From Macrostomum hystrix (lineage: Eukaryota; Animalia; Platyhelminthes): 64,000 nt of DNA. Below the pieces are notes generated by a model that saw only the letters and a list, made by a program, of their open reading frames with translations, had not been told where the DNA came from and made no database searches. This document shows, piece by piece, positions 36,501 through 47,875 of the stretch (position 1 is the stretch's first letter; each line of letters opens with the position of its first letter). The stretch is taken from positions 3,286,001 to 3,350,000 of the forward strand of contig CATNEN010000010.1 of NCBI GenBank assembly GCA_950097015.1, read 5' to 3'. Both the position numbers and the translations under genes were made by a program.

Positions 36501-39500
36501 CGCTGTGGCTGCCAGCGGCAAAGATCAAAAAATTGTTGGAATACGAGCATAATAAGGTGTTTTCGTGTTTCTTTTGAAACTAAGCAACTTGTTGTAGACC
36601 GTTTACTAAAACAAAAAGCGACGTGAATTCAGATATTTCCACTGTCGGCAGGGCAATGCGATGTTGATGTTCTTAAGTTCGGATGTAATTTGAGGAACAA
36701 ATACATAAGCCAGACATGCATTACAATCAGATACTGCTTGGCTCAATGTTCTCACTCACCTTCATCCTAATGAGCTCAGCCTGCTCGCTATCGAAATCCT
36801 CGTCCTTGACGGCCATTCGCTGCGCCACAATGCCGCTGACAATCACGGAGCAGGAGTCAGCCAAGTACACGGTGAACTTGGTCAGCCACTCGCCCAGCTC
36901 TTTGAACGAGGCCAGCAGTTCCTCCGGAGTGGCCGAGGCCATCAGGGCAGCCTGGTGAGCCTCCTGGCTGTTGCCGGGATAATCAGGGGCCAGGCGCAGC
37001 AGCGACTGGATCATCCAGCGAAGCATGCCTGTGTGCAGCTGCTTGGCCGACTCCGTCATGCGCGTGTCCTCACTGTCGATGCCGCTGGCCACCTTGTTGG
37101 CCCACTTGCCCACCTCAGTCACCACCATGTTGGGGTCCAGACTGGGCTCTCGCTGATTCGCTGGCAGATCCTCCTTTGCTGTGCTCCCAACCTGGAAGAG
37201 ATTCGAGTATGGGAATCAGCTTCGAGTCGCTTTCGATCCTTTATACATCTTTTAACTGAGTTCAGTCACGCGAAGAAAAGCGTTTACTCGTAAAATTGCG
37301 TCTCTAATGGCGTCTCTAATAGCATCTCTAATAGCGTCTCTAATAGCGTCTCTAATGGCGTCTCTGATAGCGTCTCTAATAGCGTCTCTGATAGCGTCTC
37401 TGATAGCGTCTCTAATGGCGTCTCTTATAGCGTCTCTAATAGCGTCTCTTATAGCGTCTCTAATAGCGTCTCTGATGGTGTCTCTAATAGTGTCTCTAAT
37501 GGCGTCTCTAATAGCATCTCTAATAGCGTCTCTAATAGCGTCTCTAATAGCGTCTCTAATAGCGTCTCTGATGGTGTCTCTAATAGCGTCTCTGATGATG
37601 TCTCTAATAGCGTCTCTAATAGCGTCTCTAATAGTGTCTCTAATAGTGTCTCTAATAGCGTCTCTAATGGCGTCTCTGATAGCGTCTCTAATGGCGTCTC
37701 TTATAGCGTCTCTAATGGCGTCTCTAATAGCATCTCTAATAGCGTCTCTAATAGCGTCTCTAATAGCGTCTCTAATAGCGTCTCTGATGGTGTCTCTAAT
37801 AGCGTCTCTGATGATGTCTCTAATAGCGTCTCTAATAGCGTCTCTAATAGTGTCTCTAATAGTGTCTCTAATAGCGTCTCTAATGGCGTCTCTGATAGCG
37901 TCTCTAATGGCGTCTCTTATAGCGTCTCTAATGGCGTCTCTAATAGCGTCTCTTATAGCGTCTCTTATTGCTTCTCTAGTAGCGTCAAAAGAGGCGTCGC
38001 TCTAAAAATTTGCATCAACTTTTTGTTATGGGTGAACACCTCCTTCGGCAAGGTGAGGGAGTGAGAAAAAGCGCTAAAAATAGCCCTTCATGACTCATTC
38101 GAGAGCCAAAAAAAACTCACTCATTGGAGAGCCAAAAAACTCACTCATTCGATTGATGCTAAAAATAGAAACAAACGTTATATACAGTGGGCAACAACCT
38201 CACTCCCAGGATGATGCTAAAAATAGCAGCCGGTGACTCACAGCCGCAATAGTCTCGTCAATGATAGCCAGCCAATCCTCGATCAGGGTGTAGAAGCGAG
38301 TCCACTCCTGCTCGGGCAGCAGCTTGCCAGTGTTGAGCACCGACTGCAGCCGAGTCGTCCAGGTCTCCAGGATGTTCTGCAGATTGATGACGCCCCTGGC
38401 GACGCCATTCTCTCCAATCAGGCGGATGTTCATCTGGCGCATCAGTTTTTCCACTAGAGAGGATACAGCGCTCATCGTTTTCTTCTCCGGAAACTCGGCG
38501 CCATCCTCTGCGCGATGCCGGGCGAACAGCGTGACGCAGGCGTCGTTCCAGGTGAGCATCAGGCGGCGCATGGAGGCCATGTTCTCCTGCAGGTCCAGCA
38601 TGATGTCGCCGCCGAATGAGTTGGCCTCCTTGTTGAGCACGGCTTCCAGTTCGCGCAGGCGAGCGAGGATCTGGGCGGTGTTCTCCGCGGTCAAGAGGCC
38701 TTTTAGACGGGCGGGAGCTTCGCTGAAAGATTTTTGGGCGGGAAAGTAGCCATGGTGAGGAGCGAAGCAAAATATAAAAGTACACGTGCTTAGGAGCAGT
38801 GCTTAAATCAATTCACAAAGCACGCGTGCAAAAGTACAAGAGGCAAGCAAAATGGCAAAAACTTTGCAGAAAGCAACGGGTGCCTGGTCAGTTAAAAAAA
38901 AGTCGAAAATCAGACAAGCACTTGAAAACTAGTTCATTTTTAACATTTTTTCACATTTTCAAATGCGGTTAATTTCATGGCACGCGAAAATCAGGATTTA
39001 CCGAATGTCATCAACGCTGCAAAATGGAGATCAATGGGCGAATTGCTTGGTACTTCATTCGCTTAAAATAAGTGATTGTACTTTAAGAAGGAATTGGCAC
39101 CCTGGAACAGCATTTCATGACAGTATGAGCACTCGCAGCCAGCTATGGGGTAATTCTGCTGATTACACTGACTCCCGAGCACACACGCACATACCCTGAC
39201 TTTCTCATCGTCAGGCACTGTACACTCTCATTGTGCCTTGGAGGTTGGCCCTTAAGGACGCAAATTGCACGGCAAGCCCCCCAAGCCTTCTCTCCCTAAA
39301 AGAATGTGGCCTCGCTGCGGAATCGAGCTCAGGGACCTTGGTGCGAGAGGCAAACACGTTAGACTGATCTGGCACTCACCCCCAACGGAAGCTCTAGGGA
39401 ATTAACAGCCTTGCCCAAGGACGCAAATTGTCTCCGTGGGCTGCGAATCGAACCGCCGACCTCGATGAAAATTTCGGAGCTCAAACTACTCAGTGACATG

Positions 39501-42465
39501 CTCCCCAGTTTATAGCATGGCAACAAACTAATTCAAAGACCGAATCCCCGATGAGTTCAATGTGTGCTCTATGACAAAATCAACAATGACCGCACTCACA
39601 GGAACTGATCCTCGAAGGTCTCCTGCAGGCTGGAGGTCAGCTGGCGCAATCGTCCCAGATTCTTTCGGCTGCTCTCGTCCCTGACGCGGAGGTGGCCAAC
39701 GAAGGCGTCAACCTTCTCCCGCCAGGTGTCCACCAGGGCCTGCACCCTGGCCAGGTCCTCCGTGTCCCGCTCGGACAGCAGGACAGCGAAATGGCCGGCC
39801 AGGTGCTGCCACGCCTTCTCGGTCGCGTGCAGCCGCTTGCACGAAACCAGCTGAGTCTCTTCCATCACCTTCAGGGCCAGACAGTAGGCCGTGTGGCTCC
39901 ACAGCTCGCGCTCCTCCGTCAGCTGGCTCACCTAGCGACGGGTTGGGGTGAAACGTGCACTTTTAGTGCCCTTTTAAAGCCTGTGATTAATGTTGATTGC
40001 AAAACCTGTATTTCTTACGATCAATGACCACCTGTATATCAATGACGACATGGGATCAATGACGACCTGTGATTAATGACCACCTGTGATTAATGACCAC
40101 CTGTGATTAATGACCACCTGTGATTAATGACCACCTGTGATAAATGAACACCTGTGATTAATGACCACCTGTGATTAATGACCACCTGTGATTAATGACC
40201 ACCTGTGATTAATGACCACCTGTGATTAATGACCACCTGTGATTAATGGACACCTGTGATTAATGACCACCTGTGTATCAGTGATCACCCGTGGCCCATG
40301 ACCAGCAGATGTAGCCAGCCGCCTTACCTGAGCCTCCAACCGGGCCCTCTGCAGCTCGTAGAGTCCGTGATATTCACCCAGCAGGTCGGCGGACCTCTTG
40401 GCCTCCTCCAGCGCCTTTCGCAGCTCATCCTGGGTGGCCCTGGCCTCGCCGCTGATCTGCCTGTCGTGCTCCTTGACGTCGGCCAGCTCTGAAGTCAGCA
40501 CCCCGATGGTCGTCTTGAATCGGAGCAGCTCCTCGGTGAGGCGCCGGTCCAGAGCTCGCTGCGCCATCACCTCGTCGTGCAGACTCTTCACCTGGGCAGG
40601 CACCTTGGACAGCAGCAGGTTGTAGCGGCCGCGTAGGGTCGACAGCAGCTGGCCGCGCTCAACGCACTCCACCGTGACCTGGCGGATGAGCTCGTGGAAC
40701 ACAATGTTGTACACATCCTGCTCTCGCTTCACCAGATCCAGCAGGCGGTGCATCTGGGTCGGGCCGGACACTTCGAAGTCTTCGTCGACACCGACGCTGG
40801 CGAGCATCTGGTCGAAGGTCTTGGATAGCTGCAGCACCTCCCAGCGGCTCGTCGGCTTCCTGGAGTGAGTCGAGTGTTCAACGATGAAGGAACAAAGTCA
40901 AGCCAAGATGGTGAAGCTTTCACTTACAGTGACGGAAACATCACCAGGTGCTTCTCGTGGTCCTCTGGCAGAGTTGAATGGTCACTGAAATGTTAGCGAG
41001 GGCTAGCTTATTGTTTTATGTAAGAAACGCAGGTGCCAAAGTGGGAAAACAATGACAATGCAGTAAGGGAACGAGTGGCAGAGCGGACTGACGCTTTTGC
41101 CTCTCGCACCAAGGTCCCTGAGCTCGATTCCGCGGCGAGGCAACATACTTGGGGGTTTGTTGTGCAATTTACGTCCTTGAGGGCCAACCTCCAAGGCACA
41201 GTGAGAGTGTGCACTGCCTGACGATGAGAATGTCAGGGCAGTGGTACACACCTGTGCAAATGTGTGCCCCACAGCCCTCCTGCAATTATTAATTATTAGT
41301 TAACAAGCGCGCAATATTATGAAGCGAGCGGTCGTCAGTTCGCTTCCACGGAATGACCACATTTACTTGACCAATTTACACTCAGATATACTCAAGCGAG
41401 TGGCGGAACAAACCTTGGATTGTACTCAAGGCCGATCACGCCTTTGTTCTTCACCACGTGAAACTCCTCCGGTATGAGCGAGTCCGGCAGGCGCGCCTCC
41501 TTGGAGTCGCCCTGCTGAGCCTGCAGTCGGCGCCGCTGCTGCTTCTGCTTTCGCGCCTGCTCCCTGATCAGCGTCGGATCCGCGGGGTCGCCGGCTGACC
41601 CGGCCGTCGCCTTCGCCTCCGTCGACTTCACCGCGCTCGGCGCGTCGTATAGGAAAGAAATGTCCCTGCGGCAAGAGGTTCAAGGATCCGTTCAATTTTG
41701 CTGCTCATTTACTCTACACTATACTCAATACTATTATAAGTAGTCAGTAACGAAAAAACATAAAAACTCACTTTCCAGCGCCACACACGCAGATTGTGGA
41801 GTCTGTGAGGTGCTTCAATTTCTCCCTCCGCTTGGGATAATTCCACACATTGGACGGCTTCGGTAGGGCGCGAGGCCGGACCAACGAGGAGGGCAGCTCA
41901 GCGCCGACAAAGTCGGGCGGCTGGGTCAGGGAGAAGATCACCTCCTCAGGTAGGTAGTCATTGTGTGACTGGTCCTGCTGCTGCGGTTGCTTTTTCTTCT
42001 GCTGGTCTTCTGTTGGCCTGTTGGCTCCCGGCTTGATTTTCGGAAGAACTGTTCGAATGAAAGTGGTCGTTCATTCCGATCTTTCACGGCTGTTGGGGGT
42101 CGAATTGAAAAGCCAGAGTAATGCCCGATTCTGATTGGCTCGTGTGCGTATGTGGTTAGGGGTAAAGGAATGGGCAGAATCAGATTTCCTCCTTTCTGAT
42201 TGGTCGGTGTTATTTAGGTTAATTTGAATGGCAGTACTGTAGTCTATTCTGATTGGTCGGTGCTGTTCAGGGTTAAATCGAAAGACAAAGTACTCGATTC
42301 TGATTGGTTGGTGCTGTTTAGGGTGGAATTAAAGGACTGAGTAGTGGTCGATTCTGATTGGCCAGTAGCTGACTCACCCTGATTCTGCACTCTCGGCGTG
42401 GGTCCTGCGCTGCCGCCAGGCGAAGCTGTGCCGCCGGCGCGAAATTCCACCAGCTGCGAAGTCAT
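33574..42465 (-). CDS. AXDND1: Axonemal dynein light chain domain-containing protein 1; exons 42465-42378, 42048-41772, 41665-41414, 40984-40928, 40859-40328, 39931-39600, 38722-38242, 37191-36760, 34750-34503, 34386-33987, 33654-33574
   Basis: GAGKDISFLYD; EFHVVKNKGVIGLEY; LVMFPSLKPTSRWEV; GPTQMHRLLDLVKREQDVYNIVFHELIRQVTVECVERGQLL match recalled AXDND1 motifs. All junction phases are consistent. Confidence 0.9.
33710..33900. repeat. 22-bp minisatellite in the last AXDND1 intron (GTTAGAGTGAACTCAAATACCG)
   Basis: Tandem copies read directly. Confidence 0.85.
34805..35150. repeat. G-rich GGCGGAGTGGGG compound repeat in an AXDND1 intron
   Basis: Repeated GGCGGAGTG(C/G)GG units. Confidence 0.8.
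37300..37985. repeat. 12-bp minisatellite (GCGTCTCTAATA) in AXDND1 intron 7
   Basis: Tandem copies; the ASLI ORF is an artefact. Confidence 0.95.
39130..39377 (-). mobile_element. SINE family A copy in AXDND1 intron 6
   Basis: Similar to 430-777 and the reverse complement of 41073-41240; tRNA-like head at the right end. Confidence 0.8.
39385..39470 (-). mobile_element. tRNA/CORE-like SINE fragment adjacent to the family A copy
   Basis: Minus strand GGCGGTTCGATTCGCAGCC (B box) followed by GCGTCCTTGGGCAAGGC (CORE-like). Confidence 0.5.
40045..40280. repeat. 17-bp minisatellite (TAATGACCACCTGTGAT) in AXDND1 intron 5
   Basis: Tandem copies read directly. Confidence 0.93.
41073..41300 (+). mobile_element. 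SINE family A copy in AXDND1 intron 3
   Basis: GAGTGGCAGAGCGG (A box)...GAGCTCGATTCC (B box-like)...CCTGACGATGAGAATGTCAGGGC...CAGCCCTCCTGCAATTATTAATT tail. Confidence 0.8.
42131..42361 (-). promoter_or_regulatory. Five CCAATCAG boxes at 51-65 bp spacing in AXDND1 intron 1
   Basis: CTGATTGG on the plus strand at 42131, 42196, 42249, 42300 and 42354, within a degenerate repeat of about 53 bp. Confidence 0.4.
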
Positions 42466-43270
42466 GTTCTGAAGCCGGCTGCTGGTTCAGCGGCTGGAAT
42501 GAGTAAAATTAGCGTAGGGCACGATCACAGGCCTCATTTTTTCTGACACTGTATCAGCTCTTTAAGTCTACCTGTCTCGATTCAGTCAAATAAACTAAAT
42601 TTGATACAGAAAAAAACAAAGACATGAGATTTGCGCAATAACCAAATGTCGCCAATTCTGGACAGTTTCTGTTACATAAAGAACACAAAGAAAGCCAAAT
42701 CCAAAGTAGATAAAACAGTTAAACAAAATATCGTGCACTGCTCCGAGTCACACAAATCAATAAATTTATAGCACTAAAAACAGTAGGATTATCAGTTGAT
42801 AACACAGGCTTGCAAGTAATTATATTTACTTTTATTGATTCGTAGAAGTTTAATATAATGCGCGGCAGAGTCAAATAAAAGTGCATCACTTCTCGCAGAA
42901 GCATTAATAATCCATTTAGATTACTGTCAGTTGTAGTAAAATATGTCGGGATGTCACTAATTAGGTTAAGACTTTTGAAAAACTCATATCAGATAATAAA
43001 GGGACTCGCCTATAACAATATTATCGCAAAGAGAAGTACAGGAAGTGATTAATCAATAAGAAGAGGAATCTATCCCTAATTTATCTACTCGAGCTAGGAT
43101 GAAGCCGAAGAAAAGGAAAAACGAACTCAGCGCACTGCTCAGCAGCTGCTCGGAGAAGCAGGCGAATTAAACAGCGGGGATTAGCGCAACAAATAAGCAT
43201 AAAAAAGCCATCCCGCACATGGAACAGTTTTCAACAGCATGAGAATATCCGCGACTTGTTCGGCGATTGC

Positions 43271-44539
43271 TCAGTAGCGCTCATCCTGAATTCGAACCCG
43301 ACGTATGCCGCGCTCGAGCCCCGCACCGCTGTCGTAGCCGTGGTCGTAGTCGTTTACACCGCGCCTAAGATAGGCATCGTACAGTCGATGCCGCAGCGGC
43401 GACTCGCCGCCAGTCCCGTGGTAGCCGTCGCGAGAGCAGCCGGACACGTAGGGCGAGGGAGCCCGGTAATCGTTCAGTTCTTCGCCGAACTCATAGCCGT
43501 AGTCTCGACCAGCGCCGGCGCCGCCGTAGGGTCCGCGGCCTGATGTCGGCATCGATCGGCGAAGGTCGGATGAGGATCGGCTGCGCCGGAGGCTGCTCGA
43601 CGACGCCGGCAGCCGGACAGGGCCGTGCGGCCCGCCCAGGCGCGTCAGCGTGTCGTGAAGTACCGGCTTCCGGCCGACCAAACTCTTGTCCACGTGTCGA
43701 ACGACGAACGGAGGCCGGCCGTCGACACGCACAGGAGCTGCCGGTGTCACTGGCGGTTGCCTTCGACGTAGACGAATCGCTCGGCGCTCCTCGGCTTCGA
43801 GATCGTCGCCATTGGCGCGCAGGGCGGCGGCCGCAGCGGCGGAGGCGAAGCGGCCTGGTGAGCGGCAGCGCATGACGGCTGCCAGAGTCTGCCGGCTGTA
43901 GCCAGGGCGCACGCGTCTTTGGCGTCGACGTCGGAGGCGTCGAGTAGGCGACAGCGTCGGTCCAGGGTCCGCATCTTCGTCATCTTCGTCGTCGTAATAG
44001 TCGTCGTCGTCGAGGCCGTCGCTGTCACCTCCGAGCAGATCAACTTCACAAGCCTGCGGTGTTGTCTGCTCAATGACGGCTCGAGTGCTGAACTCGAAGC
44101 GGGGCCCGGGACCAATGAAATCTACGGTGCGAATCAGCTGAGCCTGCCGGCTGCCGCGGTGGACAGCACAGCCGCTGGCCAGAGCCGCCGCAGTGCCGCC
44201 GGCCGGGTAGAGAAAATCTCTAGCACCGGCATCAAAATAGGCAAGCAGGCAGCCGCCCAGGTAGACATCCGTGACCTGGCGCAGCTCCACTGTCACTGGC
44301 AGCTCGTCCAGCATCTCCAATACGTCCTGAGGGTCGGCAGCCGGCCAGAACAGCTTTTCGAATACGAATCTCTCGTGCAGGCAGAGAGGAAATGCCGGCT
44401 CAACTAGTCGAGTTCGCTTGGCCTGGCCGAACATTTCGACCGTGAGGTAGAGCGGGTCTCGGTTGGGCAGCCATGTCGATGGCGAGGCAACGGACTCGAT
44501 GCTCACCTCCACGGTGCACTTGAAGCCTCTGGGCGGCAT
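43271..44539 (-). CDS. SPATA6: SPATA6 family protein, intronless CDS
   Basis: MPPRGFKCTVEVSIESVASP...LYLTVEMFGQAKRTRLVEPAFPLCLHERFVFEKLF...DPQDVLEML...ARDFLYP and PFVVRHVD match the SPATA6 N-terminal domain and conserved motif. Confidence 0.9.
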   Translation of the reverse strand: MPPRGFKCTVEVSIESVASPSTWLPNRDPLYLTVEMFGQAKRTRLVEPAFPLCLHERFVFEKLFWPAADPQDVLEMLDELPVTVELRQVTDVYLGGCLLAYFDAGARDFLYPAGGTAAALASGCAVHRGSRQAQLIRTVDFIGPGPRFEFSTRAVIEQTTPQACEVDLLGGDSDGLDDDDYYDDEDDEDADPGPTLSPTRRLRRRRQRRVRPGYSRQTLAAVMRCRSPGRFASAAAAAALRANGDDLEAEERRAIRLRRRQPPVTPAAPVRVDGRPPFVVRHVDKSLVGRKPVLHDTLTRLGGPHGPVRLPASSSSLRRSRSSSDLRRSMPTSGRGPYGGAGAGRDYGYEFGEELNDYRAPSPYVSGCSRDGYHGTGGESPLRHRLYDAYLRRGVNDYDHGYDSGAGLERGIRRVRIQDERY

Positions 44540-47500
44540 CGCTCTGGTCTTGTAGGGTAACTGCAAGCATGTACCATTGCAGCTGTTTTAGAATAGCTAT
44601 AGAATGTAATATAGAATATAGAGCTAGGTAGAAGAACATATAGTGACTCCAAAGTTATATAATAATAATTTAAACAAGAACAACTATAATAATATGACCA
44701 TTAGATACAGAGTACATTAGTAACTCTTAAAATAAGTCAGAAAAGTGTGTACTATGCAACAAAATTCCATCATTCAATCAGTCAAAACATTTTACTGATG
44801 CACTAGCAATATGAGTAGTTTAATGTTTAGTGCACCTCTACCACCTACTGATAATATAGAACTTCGTACTTCAAAAGCAGGATATACTTCAGTATTTAAG
44901 TATTTTTTGAAATTTTACAATGTCTGACAAAAAGCTAAGCTAACATTCACATTTCCACTAATTAACTGATGAAAGGCCAAATATCACTTACGATACATAG
45001 AGAGAGATGCTTTAATCAAAGATAATTCTAACACACCAGCATCAAAGGCAATGCTAAGAAAATCAATCACTCAGTTATTTTGTGAGATATAATCTAATTG
45101 ATATCTACAACAAACAGATAGACCTGTGTGCTTAAAAAATCCAGCAATTTTCAAACAGAAAATAGTGTGTTCGCTTTCTTATGGCCACAGATTTGTGGCC
45201 TATGAGTCCTATGGCTTACTGGTATGATACTTAAGTTGTATTCAACTTTGAGTTGAAGTTTTATAAAATGTGTATTACTCAGAAAAATATAAGAAGTGGA
45301 AAGAATATTTTAACATCAACAATAAAAATTATAATAGCAGATATAAACTATAATTTAGCTATTATTATTTACTATTAGTCCCGTGCTCGTTTACACTTCT
45401 GTAATTCTATCGACAAAAACACATAATGTAAACGAATTTAAAAAGGCGCTAAAATTCTCATGAACTCTATACGTTGTCTTAGTTATTTGTTTTAATAGTT
45501 GAATTTTGAACGTCAGAAATAACCATGTTTTCTGGAAACGCCCCTTTTTACAAATTCGCACGTGACGTTATTCATGTGTTTTAGATTCTGCAACTACTTA
45601 AAGAAACTCGTATATTTTAAGCTTAAGAATTTTTTAACCTGGAGTGCAAAATTGTATACTTATAAATATTTATGTTTCTATGCGTCGTCATTACACAATC
45701 TGAACTCTTTTTGCTATCAATATTTATACTGCTAATTTCAATATCAATTATGTCAGTCTGACTTCAATTCAATGTCAGGAGCTCAGGACTGACTCAAGCA
45801 TTATGTGCTTACCTGATTCAGTAGGTAACTTCTTACACAATAGTTTCAGGGCCTACTTGTCTTGGATGATAAATTTTTAATAAGATAATTAGCTGAATGG
45901 GCAATGTTCCTGCATTCCTGCATTCCTGCATTATATTATTTCGATCCGAATTGTAAGCAAGCAAACAAAAGCAAGTTTATTAAAGCAGTAAAGCAGGTCA
46001 TGGCGCTTGAGAACCAGTAATACACAGCATAGTAATGGGTCAGTCAGCCAGTACAGAAAGTGGCCAGAACTTGAGTCGGTGCCAGAGGAACTTGCTGAGG
46101 TAGGCCCTAGGAGTCAAAAGGTATCTGGACACTTCGTCATCTTAAAACTTTGTCATCCAGATGACGATCTGTCCAATATCTCAGAGGGTGGATGGCAAAG
46201 AGATTTAGACTTGTGGACACTTCATCATCTATAAAACAAAAGTTTTCAAAGTTAGAACAGAACTACCCCTCCCTCCTCACATTGTGTTGGCACCTGGCAT
46301 GTGTCAAAAAAGTTGTCTCTGGCCATTGGCCAACCTCTGTGACCTTGAGATCACTTACTGCGAGCTGTGCTACTGAAAATGATGCTGAGTCAAATATTCA
46401 TTTTCATGGATTGTCAAATAGTCAGCATGGTACCAGTGATTCAGATGATTTAGACATTTCCCAATCAGACACTACCATAAGCTGGCTAAGGAGTGCAGAA
46501 TTTTTACTTAGTTCAAAATTTTCCTAAACAAGCCTACTAATATTGAAGAAAGGCAGAGAGCTTTTTATTTATTTATATAGAATAGAACCTACATTCCCTT
46601 CCCTATTTGAATAGACTGTGGTATTATCATGGACACCACCAAGCCTCCGTTTGCTTGTTGTCATGGCATAGCATTTAGGCAATGCCATGTATAGTGGCCA
46701 GTGCAATCCCAAGCAAGGATATGAAGTATGTAAATGGAGGAAGTCAACCCCAGTGCAATGTCCCTTAGGATTTGAAGATTGCTATGATGTACCATCTATG
46801 CCCTACCTTTAAGTAAAACTATTTTGTCACAATTTTTGGGATCAAAATGTTTCTAAAGTATATGGATTTTAGTGATTTAGATCATAATTAATATGTTTTT
46901 GAACCTATATAAATATATGTAATTATACATAGTTATTTTTGTGCACTTTTTGGAGCTTACTAGGCCTATAATTAATGTTTTTTAATGCTGTAAATATACC
47001 CATAAGCTATTCCTTTTAGGATGTGGTAAACTGCTTTTGTGTTTGTAATTTTCTGGAGTTCTTTATAATATATGAACTATAATATACTTTCAAATATACT
47101 CGTATATACTGTTATTCTACCTCTGTCAACTCAGTGTAAGGTTACTAGTTATATTCAAGACTAGCTTGAGCCTGTAATTTCTATTTTTCAGAAGGCTAAT
47201 TGGAATCAGTTAAATTCTAAGTGTACCAAAAGTTATTACAACTTATTATTACACAAATTTCAATAAATAATGGTAAAAAATAAGTTTATTATTCCAATCT
47301 ATGTACAATAGTTCATATCCATGTTTTTTGTTCTGATTAATAATATCCTAGACCTAATTTAAGCCTAGTTGACCAATCTACCATCCAGGGGCTAGCAGAA
47401 TGGGCGGCAACACCTCCCCGCTGCATCCAAAGGATGCCCCTGCAGCTAAGCTAAGTCAAAGACCAATCTACCATAGCAAGGTGTTGTATTTAATTTACAA

Positions 47501-47854
47501 TAGTATTAACAGATAGCTAAATAATCAAGCTACTAACTAATATAGCTTAAGGTAAATAAAGCGGTGTATAACAATAAAGTCTATTAGTTATGTTTAAAGC
47601 TTTAAGCATGCCAACTGATAATCTAAGTAAGCAGTGGATACAGTTGGATAAGAATAGCACTTGCATTTCAAGTTGACTTTGAAAGTGACTTCAGCATATA
47701 ATTTTATAGGCCTTAGTATAGCTATATTTCAAGGCTTTGTAAGGGTAGTTGATAGGTTATGCCTAAGTGAATAGCAAAAAATATCTAATTTAATATTAAA
47801 AGTTTACTTCTTCAAACATAAAAGAATTTATTATTCGTTTGTTAGTAGTATGTA

Positions 47855-47875
47855 ACGCACATATTGCTCTTTCAG
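47855..47875 (+). promoter_or_regulatory. Candidate trans-splice acceptor of ACAA2
   Basis: ATATTGCTCTTTCAG precedes the first coding codon, below a long AT-rich stretch; no convincing upstream ATG exon was found. Confidence 0.55.

Noticed and set aside
35679-36550. Candidate extra AXDND1 exons (e.g. 36502-36452 RDEERIRELQ)
   Set aside because: The junction IRMK|SEARDWCHAATCIL from 36760 to 34750 already aligns without a gap to the recalled ortholog.
37307-38005. 232-aa ASLI ORF
   Set aside because: A 12-bp minisatellite on the antisense strand of an AXDND1 intron.
44965-44990. CTGATGAAAGGCCAAATAT as a hammerhead
   Set aside because: Lacks G12 and a closable stem II.
45183-45215. GGCCACA/TGTGGCC hairpin as a Helitron 3' end
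   Set aside because: No CTRR terminus at the expected distance and no other Helitron evidence.
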